Positions 9,277 to 17,846 of a stretch of DNA of 64,000 nucleotides are shown in pieces (position 1 is the stretch's first letter; each line of letters opens with the position of its first letter). The notes below the pieces were generated by a model, which worked only from the letters and a program-made list of their open reading frames with translations, had not been told where the DNA came from and searched no databases. The stretch is from Polyangiales bacterium. GTDB lineage: Bacteria; Myxococcota_A; Polyangia; Polyangiales; Polyangiaceae. The translations under genes and the position numbers were made by a program. Location of the stretch: positions 1 to 64,000 of the forward strand of contig JBBRLQ010000033.1 of NCBI GenBank assembly GCA_038231275.1, in the 5' to 3' direction.

Positions 9277-9999
9277 ATGAAATGCCTCCAATGCGGCGGC
9301 GGCCTCGAATATGTGCAGAATGCACAGTTCTGCCGCTGCTCCCACTGCTGCGCCCTCTTCAAAAACGACAACCGCCACCTCTCGCCGATCGGTCCGCCCG
9401 ATCCCGACGGAAGCGCCGCCTACGCCGCGCAGCTCGGGTTCGCGCCTCGCAAGGCCAATTACACCGTCGTCGATCTCGGCGGCGTGAACCTCAAGATCAA
9501 CTCCGGCAAGATGGAGCGGGACCTGAAGAACAAGGTCTCCTCCATGATCTGGGGGTGGGTCATCGGCGCCGTCATCCTCGGCCTCATCGCCGTCATTTTC
9601 GTCGGCGTCGGCATTTGGGTGTACGCGCAGTCGAAGAACACCGGCGCGACCGCGAGCGGCAGCATGGCGGCACCCAAGGCCGTCTCGTGGGACGGCACCT
9701 CACCGTTCTCGTGCGGCGGCATCGACGTCGTGAAGCTCGAGAAGGTCAAGGCTACTGTCGCGGGCACCGCGATCACCGCGGGCGGCAACTGCCAGCTCAC
9801 GCTCGTGAACGTCGACGTGACCGCGCCGCTCCCCATCGACGCGTCGGGCAACGCGAAGGTCGTCGTCACCGGCGGCAGCCTCAAGGGAACCCCGGAAGCG
9901 ATCGTCGCTTCTGCCAACTCCAGCGTCACCGTCTCGGGCACCACCGTGAACGGCAAGACGAAGGCGAGCGGCAACGGGAAGATCCTCGGCGTGAAGTGA
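9277..9999 (+). CDS. Zinc-ribbon / single-TM / beta-solenoid-like membrane protein, function unknown
   Basis: N-terminal CLQC..CRCSHC, a long hydrophobic segment, and a C-terminal G/T/V/A-rich repeated-strand region. Confidence 0.75.
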   Translation: MKCLQCGGGLEYVQNAQFCRCSHCCALFKNDNRHLSPIGPPDPDGSAAYAAQLGFAPRKANYTVVDLGGVNLKINSGKMERDLKNKVSSMIWGWVIGAVILGLIAVIFVGVGIWVYAQSKNTGATASGSMAAPKAVSWDGTSPFSCGGIDVVKLEKVKATVAGTAITAGGNCQLTLVNVDVTAPLPIDASGNAKVVVTGGSLKGTPEAIVASANSSVTVSGTTVNGKTKASGNGKILGVK

Positions 10000-10057
10000 C
10001 GGGTGCGCGCGCACGCGCCGGTTGACGGCCGCGGTCAAAAGGCGGTCCCATACGCCC

Positions 10058-11797
10058 ATGCGAAAATTGCGAACCTTGCTCGGGCGGCGTGGGGCGGTGC
10101 TCGCGTGTGCGATCGCTGCGGGTGTGGCGGTCGCGCCGCGGGCGGCCGACGCGTTTTGCGGCTTCTACGTGAGTGGCGCGGACACGAAGCTGTACAACAA
10201 CGCGACCATGGTGGTGCTGATGCGCGAAGGGCAGCGCACGGTGCTGTCGATGCAGAACAACTACCAGGGGCCGCCGCAGAACTTCGCGATGGTGGTGCCG
10301 GTGCCGACCGTGCTCCAGAAGGAGAACGTGAAAACGCTCGACCGCGGCGTCTTCGATCGCGTCGACACACTCGCCGCGCCGCGCCTCGTCGAGTACTGGG
10401 AAGAGGATCCGTGCGCGCCCGAGCCACCGGCCATGGCGTACGCGGCCGCCGGAGGGAGGCCGCCGCCGTCGCCTGCACCGATGGCGAAGGGCGCCGCGGA
10501 CCTCGGCGTCAAGATCGAGGCGCAGTTCACGGTCGGCGAGTACGAGATCGTCATCCTGTCGGCGAAGGACGCGGCAGGACTCGACACCTGGCTGAAGCAG
10601 GAAAAGTACAAGATCCCCGAAGGCAGCGAACCGTACCTGCGGCCATACGTGCAGGCCGGGATGAAGTTCTTCGTCGCGAAGGTCGACGTCACCAAGGTGA
10701 AGTTCGATGGGAACATGGCGATGCTGTCGCCGCTCCGGTTCCACTACGACACCGAGAAATTCCAGCTGCCGATTCGGCTCGGCCTCGTCAACTCGAACGG
10801 CACGCAGGACCTCATCGTCCACATCCTCGCCAAGGGACAGAGGTACGAGGTCGCCAACTACCCGAACGTGACGGTGCCGACGAACTTCGACGTGTCGGAC
10901 AATGCGAAGGGCAAATTCGCGACGTTCTACGCGTCGCTCTTCGATCGAACGCTCGAGAAGAACCCGAAGAGCGTCGTCACCGAGTACGCGTGGGACGCGT
11001 CGACGTGCGATCCGTGTCCGTCGCCGGCACTGAGCTACAACGAGCTCGCGACGCTCGGGGCCGACGCGCTGCCGAGCGCGGGCGATCAGGGGGGACCTCC
11101 GCCGCCACCGCCTGGGCTGCCGCGACAGCCGATGCCCCTGCCGACCATCCAGCCGAGAGGCGGGGGAAAGCCCATGCCACCGTCGCCGATGCCGTCGCCG
11201 CCGGTGATGCGGCGTCCGTGGTTCTCGCCGAGCGGCTTCGTGCTGACGCGGCTCCACGCGCGGTACGGGAAGGAGTCGCTCGGGGAAGATCTCGTCTTCA
11301 AGGAGGCGCCGCCGATCACCGGGGGGCGCGAGGTGCGCGTGCAAGGCGATCAGCTCGAGCACGGGGCGACGCCCGCCAGCTACAACAACTTCCAGGGGCG
11401 CTACGCGATCCGTCACGCGTGGACAGGTCCCATTGCATGCCAGAGTCCGAAGCGCGGCAAGTGGGGTGGACCGCCGGCCGGCGCGACGGCCGACGACGGA
11501 CGACCGAAGCCTGCGCTGAACCTCGCGTTCGCCCCGCGCGGCGCGCAGCTGGGAACGTTCCTCGCGGCGCCGGTACCGGAGCTCGACGTGAAGCCGACCG
11601 CGGCGGGTGCGGCTCCGGCCGCGGGTGCGATGGACGGCGGGAGCGACGGCGCAACGCCGCCTGCGACGCCGCCGACCGGCTCGCGCGGGTGTGGCGGATG
11701 CGCGGCAGCTCCGAACGACGGGGCGGGCGCGCTCGTGCTCGGCGCCTCTGCGCTCGGCGTGCTCCTCGCGATGCGACGGCGGCGGAGGCGCGAGTAG
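10058..11797 (+). CDS. DUF2330-like secreted protein with MYXO-CTERM-like tail (copy 2)
   Basis: Long blocks nearly identical to the 6866-8569 protein, with a Pro-rich insertion. Ends GCGGC..hydrophobic..RRRRRRE. Confidence 0.85.
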   Translation: MRKLRTLLGRRGAVLACAIAAGVAVAPRAADAFCGFYVSGADTKLYNNATMVVLMREGQRTVLSMQNNYQGPPQNFAMVVPVPTVLQKENVKTLDRGVFDRVDTLAAPRLVEYWEEDPCAPEPPAMAYAAAGGRPPPSPAPMAKGAADLGVKIEAQFTVGEYEIVILSAKDAAGLDTWLKQEKYKIPEGSEPYLRPYVQAGMKFFVAKVDVTKVKFDGNMAMLSPLRFHYDTEKFQLPIRLGLVNSNGTQDLIVHILAKGQRYEVANYPNVTVPTNFDVSDNAKGKFATFYASLFDRTLEKNPKSVVTEYAWDASTCDPCPSPALSYNELATLGADALPSAGDQGGPPPPPPGLPRQPMPLPTIQPRGGGKPMPPSPMPSPPVMRRPWFSPSGFVLTRLHARYGKESLGEDLVFKEAPPITGGREVRVQGDQLEHGATPASYNNFQGRYAIRHAWTGPIACQSPKRGKWGGPPAGATADDGRPKPALNLAFAPRGAQLGTFLAAPVPELDVKPTAAGAAPAAGAMDGGSDGATPPATPPTGSRGCGGCAAAPNDGAGALVLGASALGVLLAMRRRRRRE

Positions 11798-11810
11798 GCG
11801 GTCCTCGGCG

Positions 11811-13997
11811 ATGAACGCGCTGCGCGGCGCGGTCGGGTGGGCGATCGTGACGGTCCTCGCGTCGTGTGCCTCGGGCGCGCACGACGAGGGCACCGCCGCG
11901 CCGCCGCGCCCTTCGCCCGTGCCGGCGGCGATTCTGCCGAGCGGCGAAGGTGATTTCGCTCCGTCCTTCCTGCGCCTCGAGCGCGGGGGGACGAAGGCGG
12001 GGCAGACGCTAGCCGACGTCGAGACCTGCGGCAACTGCCACGCCGACATCGAGGCGCAGTGGCGATCGAGCGCGCACGCCTTCGCCTCGTTCAACGACGC
12101 CGTGTACCGGGCGACCGTAGAGCGCCTTCGCAAGGATCGCGGGAACAAGGCGAGCCGATTCTGCGCGGGGTGCCACGACATTGCGCTCCTCGTCGACGGC
12201 GCGATGGACGCCGAGATCGATCCGAAAGACCGCCGCGCCCACGCCGGCGTCTCCTGTCGCGTCTGCCACGGCGTCGTCGCGACGCGCCCCGACGGCAACG
12301 GGAGCTACACGCTCGACGTCGGCGATTTTCCGCTCCCGAAAGAGGGCGATCCGGACAGCGTTCGCAAGCACAAGGCGCGCGCCGCCGCTGCGCCGCTTCG
12401 AACGGCGTCGCTCTGCGCGAGCTGCCACAAAGCGTTCTTGAGCGAGGGGAGCGGCAACGATCACTTCATGGTCGGCCAGGACGACGCCACGCCGTGGGCG
12501 CGCTCCGCGTACGCCGGAAGCCTCGCCGAGCGCGTCGACGCGAAGGTCGCGCAGAAGGAGTGCCGCACCTGCCACATGCCCCTCGAGGAAGCGAACGATC
12601 CGGCGGCGAAGGAAGGCAAGGTCGCGTCCCACCGCTTCACGGGCGCGCACACATGGCTCGCGCAAATGCGCGGCGATCGCGAGCAGCGGCGGCGCGTCGA
12701 GGCGCAGCTCGCGAGCGCGGTGACGCTCGACGTCGCGGCGGTGGTCCCGGACGGCGGCGCGCGCGTGCTCCCTGCGGAGGACGCCACGCTGACGCCGGGG
12801 GGACGCGCGATCGTCGAGATCGTGGTGCGCAACGTCGGCGCCGGGCATCGCTTTCCGGGCGGCGTGCTCGACGCGCAGGACACGTGGCTCGAGGTGAGCA
12901 TCGAGGACGCGCGCGGCCAGCGGATCGCGGAGGCGGGATCTCGCCACGAAGCGACGGGGAACGATCCGACCGCCCACGTCTTCACCGCGGCGGTCGGCGG
13001 CGCGGACGGCAAGCCGCTCCTCGCCCGAGAGACACACCTCTTCGAGGCCGGCGTCTACGATCACACGATCGCGCCGCGCGACGCCGATGTGGCGCGCTTC
13101 GCCTTCGACGTCCCGCGCGGCGTGCCGAATGGACCGCTGCGCGTGGTGGCGCGCCTTCGTCATCGCACGCGACGACTCGCCCTTCAACGTGTCGCCTGCG
13201 ACGACGCGCGCAGCCCGCGAGGTCGCGCGTTCGGGCAAGAGGGGCTGCGCCACGTCGCCCGTTCGATCGATCCATGCCCGCCGCAGCCGGTCTCCGAGAT
13301 CGCGCGCGCCGAGGCGCTCCTTGGTGTCGGAGCACCGGCGAACGGCGAGCGGCTCGGCGCGGACGACGCGCGCACGTTCCAGCGCGCGTTCGATCACGGC
13401 CTCGCGATGCTGCACGAGGTCGGCGAGCGCCAAGGCGAGGCGCGGCCAAGCCTCGAGCGAGCCCTCATGCACGCGACGAACGATCGCGAGCGCGCGATGG
13501 CGCTGGGTGCGCTCGCGCGCCTTGCCGAGGATCAAGGGCGCACGGACGAGGCCGCGGATCTCGTGGGCAAGGCGAGCGCGTTCGCCCCCGCGCATCCCGC
13601 GCTCGCGCGCCTCCGTGGCGAAACGATGGCGACCGTGTGGCGATGGAGTGACGCCGCGCCATTTCTGCAGGAAGCGTCGGTCGGCGCGCCGAAGGACGAT
13701 GCCGTGTGGGCCCGCCTCGCGGTCCTTTGGGGCGGCGCGGGACGCGAGAGGGACGCGCTCGACGCCGCGCAGCGTGGGCTCCTCCTGCAGCCGCGCGACG
13801 CCGACATGCTGCGCGTTCAGGCGCTCTCGCTCCGCGCGCTCGGCGCCGCGACCGAAGCAACGTCCCGTGCCGACGACGCTTTCCTCGCGCACCGCGTCCC
13901 CGACGTCGCGTCGCGCGTCCGCTCGCGCTGCACGCAAGACGTTCCCGGATGCGCGCTCGAGCGTCTGCCGGTCCACGTCCACGAGATGCGGCGCTGA
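11811..13997 (+). CDS. Pentaheme c-type cytochrome lipoprotein with C-terminal TPR-like helices
   Basis: Lipobox LASC. Five CxxCH motifs (CGNCH, CAGCH, CRVCH, CASCH, CRTCH), GAGHRFPGG motif and Ala-rich helical repeats. Confidence 0.85.
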   Translation: MNALRGAVGWAIVTVLASCASGAHDEGTAAPPRPSPVPAAILPSGEGDFAPSFLRLERGGTKAGQTLADVETCGNCHADIEAQWRSSAHAFASFNDAVYRATVERLRKDRGNKASRFCAGCHDIALLVDGAMDAEIDPKDRRAHAGVSCRVCHGVVATRPDGNGSYTLDVGDFPLPKEGDPDSVRKHKARAAAAPLRTASLCASCHKAFLSEGSGNDHFMVGQDDATPWARSAYAGSLAERVDAKVAQKECRTCHMPLEEANDPAAKEGKVASHRFTGAHTWLAQMRGDREQRRRVEAQLASAVTLDVAAVVPDGGARVLPAEDATLTPGGRAIVEIVVRNVGAGHRFPGGVLDAQDTWLEVSIEDARGQRIAEAGSRHEATGNDPTAHVFTAAVGGADGKPLLARETHLFEAGVYDHTIAPRDADVARFAFDVPRGVPNGPLRVVARLRHRTRRLALQRVACDDARSPRGRAFGQEGLRHVARSIDPCPPQPVSEIARAEALLGVGAPANGERLGADDARTFQRAFDHGLAMLHEVGERQGEARPSLERALMHATNDRERAMALGALARLAEDQGRTDEAADLVGKASAFAPAHPALARLRGETMATVWRWSDAAPFLQEASVGAPKDDAVWARLAVLWGGAGRERDALDAAQRGLLLQPRDADMLRVQALSLRALGAATEATSRADDAFLAHRVPDVASRVRSRCTQDVPGCALERLPVHVHEMRR

Positions 13998-14030
13998 GAA
14001 CTTGCTATAGCGTCGTCGAGAGGTCGCCCC

Positions 14031-14717
14031 ATGGCTCGAATCCTGGTGATCGAAGACGAACCCGATCTCCGTGAGGTGCTCGCCTACAACCTCACGAACG
14101 CCGGCCATCAGGTGCGCCTGGTCGCGCGCGGGCGTGAAGGGCTCGCGGTGGCGAAGGCAGAAAAGCCCGAGGTCATCCTCCTCGATCTCATGCTCCCGGA
14201 CATGGGCGGCATGGACGTGTGTCGCGCCCTCAAGGCCGATCCGCAGACGCGCGCGCTCCACGTGATCATGGTCACCGCCAAGGGCGAGGAGATCGATCGC
14301 GTCGTCGGCTTCGAGCTCGGCGTCGACGATTACGTGGTCAAGCCGTTCAGCGTTCGCGAGTTGCTCCTCCGCATCCAGGTCGTCCTCCGCCGCAAGGACC
14401 AGGGGACGGAGGACGCGCCGGTCGTGCAGATCGAGGGGCTCAAGATCGATCTCGGCGCCCACCGCGCGTGGGTGGACGGAAGCGAAATCACGCTGACCGC
14501 CCTGGAATTCAAGCTCCTCGTGACCCTCTGCGATCGTCGCGGCCGCGTGCAGACGCGCGAGCGGCTCTTGTCGGACGTGTGGGGCATCGACGCGGACGTC
14601 ACGTCGCGCACGGTCGACACGCACGTGAAGCGCGTGCGCGAAAAGCTCGGCGCCATCGGGGAGCGCATCGAGACGGTGCGCGGCGTCGGCTACCGCTTCT
14701 CCGACGAAGTGGCCTGA
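14031..14717 (+). CDS. phoB: PhoB/OmpR-family response regulator (copy 1)
   Basis: Receiver domain ([21 protein letters not shown]) plus winged helix ([19 protein letters not shown]). Coupled to a PhoR-like kinase in the pst neighbourhood. Confidence 0.85.
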   Translation: MARILVIEDEPDLREVLAYNLTNAGHQVRLVARGREGLAVAKAEKPEVILLDLMLPDMGGMDVCRALKADPQTRALHVIMVTAKGEEIDRVVGFELGVDDYVVKPFSVRELLLRIQVVLRRKDQGTEDAPVVQIEGLKIDLGAHRAWVDGSEITLTALEFKLLVTLCDRRGRVQTRERLLSDVWGIDADVTSRTVDTHVKRVREKLGAIGERIETVRGVGYRFSDEVA

Positions 14718-16540
14718 TGAAGCTGCGCTTCGGGGTCAGGCTCAAGCTCTTCTTGGTGACGCTCGCGCTGATCGCGGTGTCGGTCGTCGTTGCCGACGCG
14801 TACCTCACGCGATCGACGGCGGAGCAGGTGACGCAGACGGTGCGCGACGATTTGTTCGTCCGCGCGGCGCTCGTCGCGCGCGAGGCGGCGATGAAGGGCG
14901 CGGCGAAGACCGACCTCGCGGCGTGGGACGCGCTCGCCGACGGCCTCGGTCAGGCGGCGGCGGCGCGCGTGACGCTCATCGCGAAGGACGGCACGGTCCT
15001 GGGGGACTCCGAGGTGTCGCTCGCCGATCTGCCGGCGGTCGAGAACCACGCGGGGCGCCCCGAAGTGGCGAGCGCGCTCGGCGGCGATCGCGGGGACACC
15101 GCGCGCATGAGCGCGACCGTTCAACGTCAAATGATGTACGTCGCCGTGCCGGTCACCGGCGGCTCTGCGGTGGCGGTCGCGCGCGTCGCCACGCCGCTCG
15201 GTGTCGTCGACGCTGCAGTGGCGCAGGCGCGGCGTGCGATCCTCGTCGCGTCGGCGCTGGCCCTCGCGCTCGCGGTGCTCCTCTCGAGCCTCGTCGCCGA
15301 GCGCATGTCGCGCGTCGTTCGCGAGCTCACCGCGGTGGCGCGACGGATGACCGCCGGAGATCTCGCCGTCCGCTCGCACGTCCGCGGCACCGACGAGGTC
15401 GGAAAGCTCGCGTTCGCGCTCGATCAGCTGGCCGGCAGCCTCTCGACGACGCTCGCCGAGCTCAAGGGCGAGCGCGATCTCCAGGGCCGAATCCTCGAGG
15501 GAATGCAGGAGGGCGTGCTCGTCGTCGATCGTGAGGGGCGCGTCGCGCTCGTGAACGGCGCGCTCCGCGCGATGATCCTCCTCGGCCCCGACGCGCACGG
15601 CCGCCTCTTGCTCGAGGCCATCCGCCACGCCGAGCTCGAGGATCTCCTCGCGCGCGCGACGGCGGCGGGCGGCACGACGCAAGGCGAGCTCGATCTGCCG
15701 GGCCTCAAGCCGCGACGCCTCCTCGTGCACGCGACCTCACTCGCGGGCGAGGCGGGCGGTCTCCTGGCCGTCTTCGTCGACGTGACCGATCTCCGTCGCC
15801 TCGAGTCGCTGCGCCGGGATTTCGTGGCGAACGTCTCGCACGAGCTGCGCACGCCGGTCACCGCGCTCCTGTCGGCCACCGAGACGCTCCGAAGCGGCGC
15901 GCTCCAGACGCCGGCGGCGGGGCGATTTCTCGACATCGTCGATCGCAACGCGCATCGCCTCCAGGCGCTCATCGAGGATCTCCTCGAGCTGTCGCGCCTC
16001 GACGCGCACCAGTACAAGCTGAAGAAGGAGCCGGTGGATCTGGCGGCGCTCTTCGGGATCGTCCTGGGGCTCTTCCGCGAGCGCGCGGAGGGCAGAGGTG
16101 TCCGCCTCGCGGCGAAGGTCGCGCCAGACCTCACGCCGTTCGAGGGCGATCCGCGCGGGCTCGAGCAGGTGCTCGTCAACCTCGTCGACAACGCCGTGAA
16201 GTACTGCCCGAGCGGCGCGACGGTCTCCATCGGCGCCGAGAACGACGGGGACGGCGGGCTCCGCATCGCCGTGACGGACACCGGCCCCGGCATCGAGCCG
16301 AAGCACTTGCCACGCATCTTCGAGAGGTTTTACCGCGTGGACAAGGGCCGCTCGCGCGACGTCGGCGGGACGGGGCTCGGCCTGTCGATCGTGAAACACC
16401 TCACCGAGGCGATGGACGGCGAGGTCACGGTCGAGAGCGCGCCGGGCAAAGGCTCGACGTTCTTCGTCCGGTTCAAGGGGCCAACGAGGAGCGAGCCGCC
16501 CCCGTCGGTCAGCGGCAAGGCCGCCGCGGCGACGCCATGA
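14717..16540 (+). CDS. phoR: PhoR-like sensor histidine kinase (TM-HAMP-PAS-HisKA-HATPase)
   Basis: TGATG overlap with phoB. ENHAGRPEV, DFVANVSHELRTP, NLVDNAVKY, ERFYRVDKGRSR and GGTGLGLSIVKH motifs. Confidence 0.9.
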   Translation: MKLRFGVRLKLFLVTLALIAVSVVVADAYLTRSTAEQVTQTVRDDLFVRAALVAREAAMKGAAKTDLAAWDALADGLGQAAAARVTLIAKDGTVLGDSEVSLADLPAVENHAGRPEVASALGGDRGDTARMSATVQRQMMYVAVPVTGGSAVAVARVATPLGVVDAAVAQARRAILVASALALALAVLLSSLVAERMSRVVRELTAVARRMTAGDLAVRSHVRGTDEVGKLAFALDQLAGSLSTTLAELKGERDLQGRILEGMQEGVLVVDREGRVALVNGALRAMILLGPDAHGRLLLEAIRHAELEDLLARATAAGGTTQGELDLPGLKPRRLLVHATSLAGEAGGLLAVFVDVTDLRRLESLRRDFVANVSHELRTPVTALLSATETLRSGALQTPAAGRFLDIVDRNAHRLQALIEDLLELSRLDAHQYKLKKEPVDLAALFGIVLGLFRERAEGRGVRLAAKVAPDLTPFEGDPRGLEQVLVNLVDNAVKYCPSGATVSIGAENDGDGGLRIAVTDTGPGIEPKHLPRIFERFYRVDKGRSRDVGGTGLGLSIVKHLTEAMDGEVTVESAPGKGSTFFVRFKGPTRSEPPPSVSGKAAAATP

Positions 16541-16565
16541 AGTTGGTTTCTACAATTTGCGGAGG

Positions 16566-16609
16566 GTTCACGGTCGCGTGCGGCGTGCGTCACCGGGCGG
16601 GGGGATCCT
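16566..16609 (+). promoter_or_regulatory. Putative Pho box and -10 element for the GT21 gene
   Basis: TTCAC at 16567 and GTCAC at 16589 (22 bp = 2x11). GATCCT lies 10 nt downstream, and the GTG start follows 6 nt after it. Confidence 0.5.
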
Positions 16610-16615
16610 CGGCGT

Positions 16616-17818
16616 GTGAACCTCGAGACCTCCCTCACGCTCGCGCCGGCCGCGATCGCGCTGCTCGTGTACCTCACCATGCAGGCGCTGTTCGTGTGCG
16701 CGTTGTTACGACACCGGGCGCGGCGACGGCCGCCGCGTGAGGCGTGTACGCGCGCGCCCGGCGTCAGCGTACTGAAGCCGCTGGCGGGCGTGGACGACGA
16801 GCTCGAGGCGAACCTCGAGTCGTTCGCGCGCATCGACTACCCGACGTACGAGCTGCTCTTCGGAGTCGCGTCGACGTCCGACCCCGCGTACGGCGTGGCG
16901 ACGCGCTTCGTCGCGCGGCACCCCGAGGTACGTGCGCGCGTCATCGTGACGGATCCCGACGCGGCCACCAACCCAAAGGTCGCGCAGCTCATCGCGCTGG
17001 AAGCGCGCGCGGTGGGTGAGGTGGTGGTCATCAGCGACTCGAACGTCCGCGTCCCCCCCGATTACCTCTTCTCGCTCGTGCGCGAGCTCGAGGAGCCGGG
17101 CACTGGCCTCGTCACCAGCGTGATCGCCGGCACCGGCGAGGCGAGCCTCGGCGCGGCGCTCGAGAACTTGCAGCTCGGCGGGGTCGTGTCGCCCGGGATC
17201 GTGTCGTGCCAGACGCTGAGCGGATGGCTCGGGACGCGTCCCCTCACGGTCGGCAAATCGATGGCCATGAGGCGGCGCGATCTGGTGCGCCTCGGCGGGT
17301 TTCGTCCACTGGGAGGCGTCCTCGCCGAGGATCACGTCCTCGGCCGCATGTTCCTCGAAGCCGGGCTCGCGATCCGCACGTCCCTCGACGCGGTCGAGAA
17401 CCGCAACGTGCGCGGCGGCCTGGCGCGCACGTTCGAACGGCACACGCGCTGGGCGAAGATGCGCCGCGCGATCTCGCCGCGCGCGTTCCTTCTCGAGCCA
17501 CTCCTCTCTCCGCTCGCGGTCGCCGCGATCACGCTCGTCGTCGCGCCGACGCGCATCGCAGCCGCCGCGCTCGCCGTGACGGCCATTCTCCAGACCGTCG
17601 TGGGCTTCGCGGCGACTCGGATCATTCGTGGCCACGCGCTCGCGTGGTACCTCGCGCCGCTCGAAATCGTGCGAACGTTCGTGGCGCTCGCGTGCTGGGC
17701 CCGCGCGTTCGTGAGCCGACGAATCGCGTGGCGGGGGCACCCCTTCGTGATTGGCCCCGACTCGGTGATTTCGCCCGCCGAAGGGCCCCGATTTCGCGGC
17801 CTGTTCACAAGAACGTAA
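16616..17818 (+). CDS. GT21 ceramide glucosyltransferase / HpnI-like glycosyltransferase
   Basis: N-terminal TM, VSVLKPL.G.D, DYP.YEL, NPKV, SDSNV, AEDH, RHTRW, C-terminal TMs and WRG. Confidence 0.85.
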   Translation: MNLETSLTLAPAAIALLVYLTMQALFVCALLRHRARRRPPREACTRAPGVSVLKPLAGVDDELEANLESFARIDYPTYELLFGVASTSDPAYGVATRFVARHPEVRARVIVTDPDAATNPKVAQLIALEARAVGEVVVISDSNVRVPPDYLFSLVRELEEPGTGLVTSVIAGTGEASLGAALENLQLGGVVSPGIVSCQTLSGWLGTRPLTVGKSMAMRRRDLVRLGGFRPLGGVLAEDHVLGRMFLEAGLAIRTSLDAVENRNVRGGLARTFERHTRWAKMRRAISPRAFLLEPLLSPLAVAAITLVVAPTRIAAAALAVTAILQTVVGFAATRIIRGHALAWYLAPLEIVRTFVALACWARAFVSRRIAWRGHPFVIGPDSVISPAEGPRFRGLFTRT

Positions 17819-17820
17819 CA
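17803..17820 (+). promoter_or_regulatory. Putative Pho box upstream of porin
   Basis: GTTCACAAGAACGTAACA: TTCACA and GTAACA are 11 bp apart. Confidence 0.65.
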
Positions 17821-17846
17821 ATCAGGCATGAAGGTGGCCCCAACCC

